Numbered from the whole stretch's first letter, positions 49,019-62,247 are shown. The stretch is DNA of 63,516 bases, filler included, from Octopus bimaculoides (GCF_001194135.2; 6 parts of 6 records of this genome joined end to end with filler, not necessarily neighbours in it), one strand, 5' to 3'. Notes: generated by a model from the letters alone, not told the origin. Program-made: numbers and translations.

Positions 49019-49084
49019 TTAACTGTTCTACATCTTAGAGTGTGCTTCTCCTCCGGATTTATGTATTTCTGCAACTGATTTATA

Positions 49085-49124
<40 letters not shown>

Positions 49125-49779
49125 CATATATATATATAAAATTAAACAACATATCACAGACAATATTCAACATGAAACCAATGGTAACATCCTGGCAACC
49201 TATATGACATAACCTGTGATATATTGTTTGATAATAAAAAATATATTGAGTGTGCTTTTGTTTCTGGTGCATGGACAACTAACTGAAATGTGTGTGTGTG
49301 AGCATGTATGTGTATATGGTGATGGTGGGTCAGTGCTGGACTTGTATTCTGTTCAGGGAGAATGCTGCTTGCCTACCTAGCCAACAGGGTGGTATTATTT
49401 GAAAGCTACAACACTGCACTGAAGCACATTGTGACTAGTGATGTGTAACAATATCTAGTCTAGTCAATACAGTGATATATACACATACAAATAAAAAAAA
49501 TATACGAAAAAAAAATAGGGACGATCTTCTTGAGAGTGCAGGATGGATGGCAAAGGAAGTGTTTCCAAGAAGAGAGAGAACTGATAGCACAAAGGAGGGA
49601 TGGAATATGTGCAGTTCTGCTCTCATATAATTACAATAACTGAAGATACAGTACCATAGTTAGAGAGGTGACGGAGCAATGAGTGTTATGAAGATGAACA
49701 GTGGAGAGGGATCAATGGGGACAGATTGGGTGCAGGGGTAAAGACATTAATAATATGATGATAGGCTTTCAGGACCAGA

Positions 49780-51050
49780 TTTTTGCTGAGATGGTCGACT
49801 CTGCTAGAACATGGTGAATTGCCAATCATCTTAGTCCTTTGTCATCCCCTCTGTGGAGCTCAACGACCTGACCTGAGTCTCCTTCTTCAAGAAGTTCCTT
49901 CCACATTTAACAATTAGTGCTTTGTTATGCACCTGTCCTCATCCATATATCTATCACATAACCATACAAGCATAGTCTTCTGTCTAGCACATTACATCTG
50001 ATATCTCTTATGCCCAATTTTTCTCAACATATTTGCACTTTGTCATATGTGTACACCAACACTGTACATCTGATGGAGCATGCTAATGTCCAGTTGATTC
50101 TTATTCTAGTGACTATATTTCAAAGCATCCCCCTCCACTGCTAATTAGCAGTAACTATCTACTACTTTTAATGATCCTCCTTGGCATTTGAGAAAATCTA
50201 TTTTCTATGTGCTCTTATTGTGTATCGCACATCTGCGACACTCAAAGCCTAGTTTTTTCTGTTAGTCCACAGTTTGCACTGAGTACACTTTATGGAATTT
50301 CTACCAACACCTTTTCTATATATCAAACAGAACCATTTTCCTGAAAGGATTAGTTGTTTGCTTTCCTGCTTACTGTAACTTTGGTCTTTGCTCAGTTAAC
50401 CTTAAAGACCTTTGAGTATAGGTTTTGCTTCCACACCTGGACTTTATTTCCAAATCTACAATAGATTCCAAACGACTATGATAAATAGGAGGCAACTGAG
50501 AAATGACCCCTAGCGAACTCCTACCTGCACATTAAACTTACTGCTGTATTTATTGCTAACCCTTGGACAACTCTCACCAACTATTCATCCACCCCTAGTA
50601 TCCATAGCAATCACCCGATGATGGAGCAAGGGACCTGTCAAAGGATTTCTTCATGTCAACAAAGGCGAAATACAGCAGATTAGTTAAGTAAATACTTCTT
50701 TTGCAGTTGTCTCACTAGAAACAGAGTATCAGTAAGGTTTCACCTTGGCACCAAACCAATTGCATCTCATCTAGGTGACACACTCTGCCTAATTGGTTGA
50801 GCTATACCACTTTCTGTAACTTTCATGACCTGATACATAAATTTTATACCTCTCTAATTACTTCTGTCTAAGACATCCCTTTTAGCCTTATAACAGTTGA
50901 TTATAATGCTGCTGCACCAGTTGTTGGGTACAATACCTTCCTGTACTAACTAAGGTGTATCCCACTCCTTCAGACATTTTTAAGTATCTCAGCAGTAATT
51001 CCTGATGGAACCTTCCCTGCTTTCATATCCTTAAATGCTTTATCTATCTA
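49780..51050 (-). mobile_element. Old RTE-clade RT remnant
   Basis: Reverse frames give TDTLFLVRQLQKKYL and LGVDE.LV fragments; heavily interrupted. Confidence 0.65.
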
Positions 51051-51239
51051 TATATCTAAGATATATATATATATATATGTATATACATATATATATATAA
51101 GGTTTAGATTTAGATTCAAAATTGAATATGGTACTTATGTTTAGGCACCAGAATATAGTATGGTATTATACAAAAACCATTCCAAAAGCGAGGTGATCAA
51201 AAAATCAAAATAAGTAACACAGATTTTAAAGATGATTGC

Positions 51240-51292
51240 AGTACGCACGTTTCATGCTACTCCATTTATTTAAGTAATGCGAGCATTACATT
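51240..51292 (-). ncRNA. Partial hammerhead (stem II, GAAA, stem III); CUGANGA not visible before the gap
   Basis: ATGCT...AGCAT-GAAAC-GTGCGT-A, within a ~190-bp segment next to (TA)n. Confidence 0.4.
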
Positions 51293-51403
51293 NNNNNNNN
51301 NNATCCCACTCCTTCAGACATTTTTAAGTATCTCAGCAGTAATTCCTGATGGAACCTTCCCTGCTTTCATATCCTTAAATGCTTTATCTATCTATATATC
51401 TAA

Positions 51404-51439
<36 letters not shown>

Positions 51440-52229
51440 CATACACAAACTATATTATATGCACACACAACAGAGACAGATAGATAGAGACACATTTTAC
51501 ATCCAAGCCATATCAGGATGGAGAGTGGATATAAAATGATGACAGTTGTGATATAGACATGTGTGTATATGAACATGCATACAAACATATATTCAAGTTT
51601 GCATACATATATTGTATGCATGCATACATTACATAAATATATTTACAACTGCACATGTATACATTACATACATAGAATATTTGTGTTATTAAGATAGCTA
51701 ATGAACTTGAGAAACATGAGACATAAGGTAACATGGACGTTTCCTCCAGAGATGTTGGAAAATCCTACTTAACACAACAAATAGAAAATAAACCAGTTCA
51801 CTAAGAAGCTCATACATGAGAACTTAACATAAAAGACAGGGAGAAGAGAGTGGAAAGCCTTGCATGGAATATTGATAAGTTTATCACATCTTGAAGTTCT
51901 CCTACATGCAATCCAGAATCTAGAAACCCCCTTTAAACCAAATTCACAAAGTACCTTGCACACCAAAGACAGAAAATATCATTGAAAAAGCAGAAAATGT
52001 AGAGCAAGTCAAACTTAATCCAAAAGCATTAACAACTCCATGGCCAATTATAGAAGAATGCCCTCAAAATACAGCTTTCCTCATTGGGTAACAATGATAA
52101 AGTTGAATATAATGAGGTCACTAGATCAAAAGAATACAAGTGAAATTGACAGAATCTAAGAATGAAAACTGCAAACAAACGCAGACTTGAAATTGCTTTT
52201 TGAGACCACAAAATAAAAACGTACTTGGT

Positions 52230-52680
52230 TGTGTAAGTTAGCTGCTCTCATGGGGTCAGTGTGGATGCTCATAGTGCAACCTCCCATGGAGCAGCTCTCC
52301 CCGAGTTTCTTAGAATACCCAGCAAGCTCATTCTGCCATCTTGTTGGTCAACTAGGGGAGGTCACCACAGAGTTGCTCTAGGTCACTCTCGGCATCCAAT
52401 TGTGCCAAAGGCTATTTTGAGCATCTAAGTGTAGCAGCTATTGAGAGACTTGGCTATCGATCTAGTGGCGATCCAAGCTTCACACCTGTTAAGGAGAGTT
52501 TTCTTGATGGCTGCTATGAAGATCCTCTTCGTGAATTCTTTGGAGACGTGGAATGGGGCAAATATTCTTCAATATCAGTAAGCATTATCCAGGCAAGGCG
52601 ACTGTGCACTTTGATTTGCCTCTCGGAGCTAGCCATGTGTGTTCTGCAGTACCTAAATTCAGATAATTGTCTGAGCAAAG
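52230..52680 (-). mobile_element. RTE-X-like LINE, RT C-terminal remnant
   Basis: SERQIKVHSRLAW, KRIFIAAIKKTLLNRCEAW, LNSCYT.MLKIA, LCGDLP. Confidence 0.7.
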
Positions 52681-53479
52681 TACACACACACACGTTGGTG
52701 TGATAGTGAGCGATGTGTTGTGCTGTTTGTGTTTACGTATAACATACATTGAAATTATCGTACGACTGTGAATTGAGGTTAACGTCTGATTGACAATACA
52801 AAATAATTGATTTTATAACAAAGACTCTTGCAGTAAAAAAAAAATTCTGATTCCTCCAACTCCTCGTATTATTGTGACAGTAATGGCTGAGTATTCCGCC
52901 GACACTTGTCTTTAACACACACTGTCAATCTAACAAAGAAGAGGTCCTTGTATCAAACGTATAGTTCATTCGATGAATCGCCATGCAATTTCCATTTATT
53001 CAAGTTTGCTTAGGACCACGGTAAATAAAATACTTGTAGGAGGTGTTGCGTATTAAGAACTCATGATAGTGAAGCGGACTTAGCGATTCGGCCATGGTTG
53101 TGAAATGCTATTTCACAACCGTAATACAAGTTCATACATGTAACAGATCATCATCGATAGTTGTTACCGCGAGCAACAGCAGAAAATCCGCTTCCTTATA
53201 AGAAAGCGAAGTTGACAAAATACCACAAGAGCTTGGGGGTGGAGGGAATTCATTCAGTTCTCTGTTTTAGGCTTAGAGTCAAAATCATTACTACTACCGG
53301 ACATTACCTAAGATAGAAAAAAAACATGAGCGCTGTAAAAGGTGAAATAGCGACAGACGGCAATCGAAACCAGCTTATTATCAGCTGAGCTCCAGCTCTA
53401 CTATGCTCACCTTAGTTTTGGTTATGTGAAAAACCAATTTCATATGCTGCTTGTGAAGTTAACCAATTCAGCTACACTA

Positions 53480-54240
53480 GTATGTTACTGGTATTTAATT
53501 CATCGACGTCAAAAATGATGGCAGACTAAAAATCTAATGTAATTAGAAAGGAGATACTGATTTATCGTACCTTCCTACGGCATTTGAACAATTTCTTTTG
53601 ACTGGGTAACAAAGTCCAAATTCTTTGAAGACAAGTTTAATTCGATTAAAGCGGTCAAGTATGTTAATGCATTTTTATCTAACTACGTCGTCGGGGTAGA
53701 AGACAACGTTGAGCTCAGCTGAATTTGAACTCGGAACTAAGGCAGATGAAAATAAAGACAGTAAAGTTGTCAGCCCAAGTGTCCTACTCTTTTGGCTAAG
53801 TCAACATTAACCATTAAAAAAAATGAAAGAGTTTTTAATATTAGCACAAGGTCTACAGCTTTTGGGAAGGCATATAGTGAATATTAATGGGTTAATATCT
53901 AGATATTAACCTATTAATGTTAGCGCACAACTCGTACATATCGATACCAAAATTATGGATGGTATATTCGACTACGGCAGGGTTTGAACTCAACACCTAA
54001 AGAAATGTAGCAAAATAACGCAAGGCATTTCGTCAAACACTACTGATTCTGCAATCTGCCTTAATGATAATTTAACTGGGCACAGAGCCAGGTAAACTAC
54101 AAGCTTGATAGAATCGACATACTGACTGGTATGATAGTGGTCTCGTATTTCATCGACTTCACGGGGATAAAAGTTGACTTGAAAGCTTTTATTTGATCAG
54201 TGAGAAGAGACGATACTTAAAATACAGCAAGTTTTACCGA
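53480..54240 (-). mobile_element. Cluster of degenerate family C SINE remnants
   Basis: Repeated CTGGTA..TAATTCATCGAC, AATTTGAACTC and GCATTTCGTC motifs. Confidence 0.6.
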
Positions 54241-54310
54241 CTCGAATGAAATTAAAAAACAAAAAAAAAAAACTATATTTAACGCACTAACTTTACACAC
54301 GCACAACATT

Positions 54311-54444
<134 letters not shown>

Positions 54445-55918
54445 GTGTATACATAAAAGTGAGAAGCCAATTTAGTGGCAAGACGTCCAAGTGTAGCAAC
54501 ACGTCTATTTTTCTATAGAGATTAATCAATAAGTAACCTTTGAGCTATTACTAACCAGATAAAACGAAGAGGGGGGAAAGAGATAAAAACAGGCGATGAT
54601 TTTACTTACACTGGTTGTTAGGGAAATATGCAGTAATGTATCCGAAGGGTGAGAGAGGCAGCGTAAATCCGTGCTGCTGCCAGCCAATAGAGAAGAATAA
54701 AAGCTTGGTTACCATGCCAAGATGTTGAACATGGTAGCTGCCATGTTTCACCTCACAAAGAGGCTGTGACGTAAGACACACCCCTACACCCCCTTGTTTG
54801 CTTATTATTATTTATTTATCCGGGTGTTGACTTTGTCTCTAATTCTTTGCGGGTCGATACATTAAGTACCAGTCAATTACGTAGGGTCGATTAAATTGAC
54901 TGTATTACCCCTAAAATGTGTCTACTTATGCCACTTTTGTTTAATTTTAATTCACACACTTGTTCTGCTTCCTGGTTGTTTGTTGTGATTGTATTTTTCT
55001 TTGTGCCTCTATTAGAAATCATTAACTGTTCATCTATCGTAAGAAGTATTCGTGTCTCCTTGTGCAAATTTGGTGTTTTATTTATTTATTTTTTTCATAC
55101 AGTATTTCACCAAGTGGTTAATGAATATATTGGTCATGATTTAACATTGCAGATATCCGTGTGATAGTTGTTGGGGGTGTTACTTAATATAACCGTAAGT
55201 TAGCTCTGAGTAGCGTTGTGTAGCTGTGATGTCACGACTAGATAGGATATACAGGCAAAAGAAACTGGTTTTAATTATTTCTTTGTAGTGGTTTTGCCAG
55301 AAGTCAGTCCTTGGCGAACGAATTAATGTTCAAAGGCATTTCTCACTTTCCCCATCCTGTTTTTTCGAACACAGTTAATCACAAACTACATTATCATATA
55401 TGTCTTTCCTTCTTTTAAAGACAGTATAGTGCGATTTGAGAAAGATTTTGCTCCTATTTCTAACAGGCTGAGTGATCACAGAAACTCGCTCCTAAGTTCA
55501 TGTCACATATGACTGTAATAGGGTAAGTAGGCGTGTGTTCAATGTTGTTGAATTAGCTCCCAGGTCAACTTTGATCAAAGGTGTTCTAACTTTTATCACC
55601 CTATCTTCTTTTTTATGTTGTTATTCCGACATAGTGTATCTAGGGCCGCATTGTTCCTTTCATTTTGTAAGAGAATAAGGGTGTGGTTCAAAACAGACTT
55701 GGTTGTATTTCTAGCATGTTGAACGACTATGTAGAGGCTCTCATTCTCTTGGCATTAAAAAATTTTTTTTTCTGTAGGTTGACGCATGACCATAAAATAA
55801 AGTGGATGCTAACACTTTACTTTAAGTGATTAAAATCACCTGTAGTGAAGTAGGAGAATCATTATTTTAATGATTCTAGACAAGAAAGACCATGACCATA
55901 AAAAAAAAAGGAAAAGAT

Positions 55919-56074
55919 GGACCGTGGCTGTGTGGTACGAAGCTTGCTTCCCAACCACGTGGTTCCGGGTTCAATCCCACTGCGTGGCACTTTGAGCAAG
56001 TGTCATCTGTAGTCTCGGGTTTACTAAAGCCTTGTGAGTGGATTTGGTATATGGAAACCGAAAGAAGCCCGTCG
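55919..56074 (+). mobile_element. Family A SINE, 5' half
   Basis: GTGGCTGTGTGGTA, GGTTCCGGGTTCAATCCC, GAAAGAAGCCCGTCG(TA)n. Confidence 0.85.
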
Positions 56075-56104
56075 TATATATATATTATATATATATATAT
56101 ATAT

Positions 56105-56525
56105 ATCATCATCTTCATTTAACGTCTGCTTTCCATGCTAGCATGGGTTGGACGATTTGACTGGCGACTGGCGAACCAGATGGCTACACCAGACTGGCAG
56201 TTTCTACAGCTGGATGCCCTTCCTAACGCCAACCACTCCGAGAGTGTAGTGGGTGCTTTTTACGTGCCACCAGCACGAGGGCCAGTCCGGCGGTACTGGC
56301 AACGGTCACGCTCAAATGATGTTTTTTACATGCTACCTGCACAGGAGTCAATGTTTTGTTCACATGCCACCGGCACGAGTGCCAATAAGGCAAAGATGGA
56401 AATGATCGTGCTCAAATGGTGCTTTTTACCTGCCACCGGCACGGAAGCGAGACCGCTGCTCTAGCAGTGATCCCGCTTGGATGGTGCTGTTAGCACTTCA
56501 CTGGCACAGGTGCCAGTCATCAAAT
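56105..56525 (-). mobile_element. RTE-tail-derived repeat
   Basis: Same as 46217-46550, with a (GAT)n tail. Confidence 0.8.
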
Positions 56526-56599
56526 TTGGTTTATATATATATATATATATAAACAAATAGTAAATGAGTATATGCATATATACGTACAGGTATGTGCAT

Positions 56600-56790
56600 A
56601 CCAACATCCACCTGTATGTATAGGTGCATATCTGGGTACAGGACATTGCAAACAAAACGTAGACAAGAAAACACACAAGCCACACAGAGAACATTCTCCT
56701 TCATCAGCTACCCCTGTTTTAACACCGGTGTTTCGAAGAGCTGGGGAGGACGCATCGTTAAAACGGCTCTTCCCATGGACCGCAAATTAA
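56600..56790 (-). mobile_element. Probable PLE terminal repeat with hammerhead-like motifs
   Basis: Reverse strand GAAGAGC...GCTCTTC-GAAAC-ACCGGTGT-T, then a downstream CTGATGAAGGAG. Confidence 0.4.
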
Positions 56791-57059
56791 ATTTGTATAC
56801 ACAAATTAAACCTTGCCATGGAGGAATGTAGTGGCGGACAAAAAACAAGACAGGAAAACAAACAGAAAAGGCTATACGGCCAGACGGGAAAAATTATGTG
56901 TGTAAGAACGCTGTGAGGCACGAACTTGAAAGTGGGGACGAAGTAAGTTCGCGTGTTTGCTCGGCGATAGCCAAGGAAGAAAAGGATTATTGACCGGAAG
57001 CATGTGACCATGCCGGTGTAAGGGGAAGAGAAAGAGTGGTAGAGGGAGAACCCCCCTAT

Positions 57060-57238
57060 CATGGTTTGACAACCAGTGCTGGTGTGTTTACATCCCTATA
57101 ACATAGCGATTTGACAAAAGAGACTGATAGAATATGTATTATGCTTCAAAAATAAGTCCTGGGATTGATTGTTCAACTCTCCAAGGCAGTGCTCCAGCAT
57201 GACTGCTGTCAAATGACAGAAACAACTAGTAAAAGAGT
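57060..57238 (+). mobile_element. Family A SINE, 3' half
   Basis: TTGACAACCAGTGCTGGTGTGTTTAC...GTGCTCCAGCATG...AAAAGAGTA. Confidence 0.8.
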
Positions 57239-58488
57239 AATCTCAATTTGAGATTAAAATGAATTGGAATTCGAAATTGTTTTTCTTGGTCAGAATTGCT
57301 CAATATGCTAATTATTATTTTTTTTTTTTTTACTTATTACAGGTGCTATTTTAACTTATTAAAATTTCTTGAATCACCACATTGAGTATGTTACTCTGCA
57401 TTAAGTATTTCAGCTTCCAGCCAAATTTCTCTTAGATTAGAATTAAAAATAGAAAGTAGAGCTGAATGAGTTTCCTATTTGACAAGGCAGAGGACATGTT
57501 TTGATCTTGTTATATTCAGTGGTGACCCAACAAGCCAATGATTTTCCAGATTTTTGGTTGATAATAAAAATATAAATAATCCGTCAATCAATATTTTTTT
57601 CTTCTCAAAATTTGGCAAAGAACAGCACTGAATACAGAGTGAGGAAACACACCAGGCACTTAAGTTGTCAACTCTACAGTACAGCATATGCTTGTATTGT
57701 TGATTAAGGCATATCTGCTTGTGGTTATAGGGTGTTGCATCGTAATTTCCAGACCAGCAGTGAGTTGTGTTCTTCAATGTAAACAGAGAATCCTGCAATA
57801 GATTGGCATTCCTCTTAGAGGAAAAGCTGGCTTGCCTGCATAGCCAGTGGGGTAGCATCATTCAGGAGCTACAAGAATGCAGTGAAGCACATTGGGACCA
57901 GCAGTATATAACAACATCCAATAGTCAGGTCAATACAGTGATACAATGATTTAAGTTTATATGGTTTGTATATATGCCCATCCATGTCCTTTGTCCAAGG
58001 TGAGGAATCTATTTTGCATTGTTGGCAAATTACAAGTGCTGAAGAACCAGTAGAATCACATCTGTGCTGAGAAAATAAATCTGTAGTGAATCTATCACAA
58101 TAAAATGACTGCATTAATAGCATGCCACAAGGGTGCACCCACTCTATAAACTTGATTTTACTTACAACTATTAAATAAATATGTAGTAGTAGTAGTAGTA
58201 GTAGCAGCAGCAGCAGCAGCAGCTGCTGTTGTTGTTATGACTTAGGCAGCAGACTAGCAAACCAGAACACGAGCAAAACAATGACAGAATATCTTTTGCA
58301 GTTGTAGTTTTCAGTCAGGACTTTCCACAATGAACTACATTAACTTACTTTCCGGCTTAACTTTCACAAAAATGCATAAGTACAGTAAATGAGACTGCAC
58401 AGTATGTGCCTTCAGACAAGTGAGATTGCATGTGTGTGCCCATACAACTGAGTCTATACAGTGTGTGCATTCAAAGTGTGTCTCTGTG

Positions 58489-58756
58489 GATCCCTTATCT
58501 GGTGGTCAGGGTCCCCCGATCCCTTATCTGGTGGTCAATGAGGAAACTTGGGATAGAAGAATGGTTAGTGAGAGCTGTGCGAGCCATGTACAGAGATGTT
58601 GCCAGTAAGGTGAGGGTTGGAAATGAGTACAGCAATGAATTCCGGGTAGAGGTAGGGGTCCACCAAGGTTCCGTCCTCAGCCCCCTCTTATTTATCATAG
58701 TCCTCCAGGCAATCACAGAGGAGTTCAAGACAGGTTGCCCCTGGGAGCTCCTCTAT
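58489..58756 (+). mobile_element. RTE-clade RT fragment (same family as 2560-3310)
   Basis: IWWSMRKLGIEEWLV...VGVHQGSVLSPLLFIIVL...CPWELLY. Its first 20 bp are duplicated (58489 and 58519). Confidence 0.92.
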
Positions 58757-58856
58757 NNNNNNNNNNNNNNNNNNNNNNNNNNNNNNNNNNNNNNNNNNNN
58801 TTAATTAATTAANNNNNNNNNNNNNNNNNNNNNNNNNNNNNNNNNNNNNNNNNNNN
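58757..58856. other. Artificial scaffold spacer
   Basis: 44N-TTAATTAATTAA-44N. Confidence 0.95.
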
Positions 58857-58896
<40 letters not shown>

Positions 58897-59274
58897 TATA
58901 GATAGATAGATATGCTCATATATGTGTGTGTGTGAGTGTGTGGTGCCTTTCACCGCCAACCTAGCAGGGTACCTAATTATAAGGGGGCGGTAGGGGTAGG
59001 TTCTGGTGATTTCATGCTCCAAATAATTTTCAAATTTCTATTTCCATTTCTCAGTATTCTGATATTTCCACCTCCATCCACCCGCACCCCGTGCACCCCA
59101 CACCTCCGCTGCAATCTTTTCTCGTTTATTGGTCACGTCGTTAGAGCGTGAGGTCAAACCCCACCGGTGTCGACTTTGTTTTCCAGTCTCGTGGGACGGG
59201 CTGCGGATCGATAAAATAACGTTCGAGTTCTGTGGCTGATATATTTATATTTAACTCTACTCCTTCCCATGAAA

Positions 59275-59725
59275 ATTATGGATGGTCACTGTTGGAATGT
59301 CATAGATCATAGGTTTGTTGTTTCATGGCTTACCCAGGGTTAAACGACAACAACAAAGGACACATTAGATAATGTAGTCCTAGATACACTACACCTGAAT
59401 AAAAGACAGGATGGTCACGGCTAGAATACTTTTGATCGCAGATCTACTAGACCAGAACTCACCTGGGATTAAACAGCAGCAAAGAACGACACATTGGGTA
59501 ATATACTCTTAGATACACTATGCTTGTGACACAATTGGTCACAGCTGAAACATTTTTTACTACAGGTCTACTGGACCAAAAGCGACCTAGGGCTAAAGAA
59601 CAACAACAACTAAGTGGGAGACATTAGATGATGTAGTCCTAGATACACTATGCCTGAATAAAAGATGGGATGGTCACCTGCTGGAAAGCCTTTGATAATA
59701 ACTCTATTAGATCAGAGTTGAGCTG
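59275..59725 (+). repeat. Head-to-tail array of a ~125-bp unit ending in (CAA)n, ~4 copies
   Basis: GACACATTAGATAATGTAGTCCTAGATACACTA..CCTGAATAAAAGA..GGATGGTCAC...CTAAA.AACAAC. Solo copies at ~55560-55660 (-) and ~61830-61910 (+). Confidence 0.8.
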
Positions 59726-60548
59726 TGTGTGTTGGAGTTTTACCAAGAAAAACGAATTTTCTTCAACGTTTTGAGAGTGGAAGCGCTTTGACCAAAGTTA
59801 TTTTCAGTAGAGAAGGGCCAGGAATGGTGAGAGGAATGAGGTGTTATCCTCCCCTAATCCTTTCGATAGAGTGAACTCTACAAAAGACATCAAGGGCCAG
59901 TCGGTTCTGTCAAACAGGGCCACAGATTAAAGCTGCACCTCAAAAACTGATCCGCTAACGAACTTCTTCACAATGTCCGTCTATCAAATTCCACTCATTA
60001 CGTATTGATCAACTCGAAGCCATATTAGAAAGCATTTCTGTGCGGGGTCGAACCCAAAACCACGACGTTAAGAAGCTAATTTTTTAACCACGTTGCCTCG
60101 CCTGTGTCCATAAACTGTGCTTTAGTTTATTCAAACTGAATGTTTTTCTTTCAATTTTCCGTTCTTTTGAAGACAAACAGCAGGCTTCACACAGGTAGCA
60201 TGAAATAACGGGGAGCTTCACGGCCGCCATTTCAGGCGAAAACCGATATTACATGCCTGCGTTTATTTGAAGATCAGTTCGGGGTGGGGGCTNNNNNNNN
60301 NNATTATTCATTTATTTGTTATATGTTTTTCTGATGTTAATCTTTTCTTTTTAGCGTCGGAGTTGGATGTTTCATAAAACGATGCAGACGGAATCCAAAA
60401 TGGTGGCGGCTGTTTAAGGACAGGACGAGCATTGAAAAGAATATTTGGAGGGGAATTACAGATAAGATACTTCTACACCAGGTCTTATCTGCCGTATTTA
60501 GCTTACTGCATCATGTGTGTGTGTGTGCGTGTGAATGTGTGTGTGTGT

Positions 60549-60587
<39 letters not shown>

Positions 60588-61294
60588 AATATACGTATAC
60601 ATATATGTATATGTATCTCTGTATGTTTCTGTAAGTTCTTTTGGTGAGCATATGTGTGTGTGTGTGCGCGTGTATATGTATGCATATTTAAACATATATA
60701 TGCATTTATATAAGCATGTATGTACGTATGTAAAACGTATGTAGACACATGCATATTTGCACATATATATATGCATATACGTTTGTGTGTGTGTGTGTGT
60801 GTGTGTGTCTGTATGAATATCATAGATAGATAGAAAANNNNNNNNNNAGAGACAGACAGACAGACAGGCAGACAGGCAGACAGACAGACAGACTGACTGA
60901 TTGTTTGATTGATGCACTTATGATCATCCATATTTGTGTGTTTATTACAAATGCATTCACACATTCACATATATACCTGTGTGTGCGTGTGTGTGAAGTA
61001 TGTACGTGCGAACATGTGTGTGTGTGTGTGTTCGTGTGTGCTCGTTTCCAAGCGTGTGTGTGTGTCTCCAAATGTCGAGGGCAACATATTCGTTACCCTG
61101 ACAGAGTATAACGATCTACTTCAGTCGATGAGCCAATGGGTCGTTGCTCTGGAGTTTCCCCTGCCTCTGACCGGTTCGTCAGAGGGAATGAACCGGGTGA
61201 GGAGAAACAGGTAACATCCGGTAACGGTTGGTGGACGGGGACGTTGGGTTGGTTGAACGAGTAAGCGGCCGGGGGACGGGAGACGAAGATTAGT

Positions 61295-61462
61295 TGGACG
61301 ACGACGGCGAGGATGATGATGATGATGATGATGGTGATGATGGTGATGATGATGATGATGATGATGATGAGAATAATGTTAATGACGACGACGGCGGTGG
61401 TGGTGGTGATGATGATGATGACGATGATGATTACGAGGACGGCGACAATGACGAAGATGATG

Positions 61463-61493
<31 letters not shown>

Positions 61494-61597
61494 CGGCGAC
61501 GACGTTGATGAGGATAATGATGATGACGAGATGGAAGAGGAGGGGTAGGAAGAGGGGGCGATTACGAGGGTAAGGGTTAGGGTTAGGGTTAGGGTTA
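61295..61597 (+). repeat. (GAT/GAC)n tract followed by (TTAGGG)4
   Basis: Direct reading; telomeric hexamers at 61568-61597. Confidence 0.9.
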
Positions 61598-61936
61598 TCT
61601 AAGACCGTATTAGCTGGCGATGTGGCCACCCATCCCTGTTATCTGCCAGATTTTATTTCGAGCCTGGGTGCGGCCCACCACCATCACTTGTTATATACTA
61701 GATCATCCCTATACACTCCCCCCACCACCACCACAGAGGGTGTCCCGGCCTGATCCCTCCACATGCAAGTAATAGCAGCAAATCTCCCTCAAATCACACG
61801 TTGAATGCGATCCTTGGAGTCTTACATGTCGTAGAAATACGAGATGGTCATGGCTGGAATGTCTATGATCACAGGTCTGCTGGATTACAGCTGTCCTAGG
61901 AAGAAATAACAACAATTACGCAATATTCGCCATTCC

Positions 61937-62036
61937 NNNNNNNNNNNNNNNNNNNNNNNNNNNNNNNNNNNNNNNNNNNNTTAATTAATTAANNNNNNNN
62001 NNNNNNNNNNNNNNNNNNNNNNNNNNNNNNNNNNNN
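61937..62036. other. Artificial scaffold spacer
   Basis: 44N-TTAATTAATTAA-44N. Confidence 0.95.
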
Positions 62037-62247
62037 TTGGTATAATGGGAAAACTAGGAATTTGGGGGACTTGTTTTGTGCACAAAGATCTAAGTGCCCA
62101 CTGAGTGGTATCTGTCTTGCGGTGGGATCACTCAATTGTTGGCGGTGGACTGTCATCCTTTCTCTGAGAGTAGGCTCGTTTGCCCTATGTATTCTTTGTG
62201 GCACCCTTCACACCTTATGGCATAATATATATATATATATATATATA

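Noticed and set aside
50958-51430. ~130-bp exact repeat on both sides of gap 51293-51302
   Set aside because: Most likely two haplotypes (with and without the ~190-bp insert) or an overlap artefact; long reads are needed.
57475-57861. 128-aa Cys-containing ORF
   Set aside because: No recognisable motif or splice context; length is achievable by chance in 63 kb.
59275-59725. CRISPR-like array
   Set aside because: Units are diverged along their whole length, with no repeat/spacer structure and no cas genes; eukaryotic context.
61140-61185. CTGACGA...GAAAC on the minus strand
   Set aside because: No U at the cleavage triplet, no stem I and a poor stem II; not a credible hammerhead.
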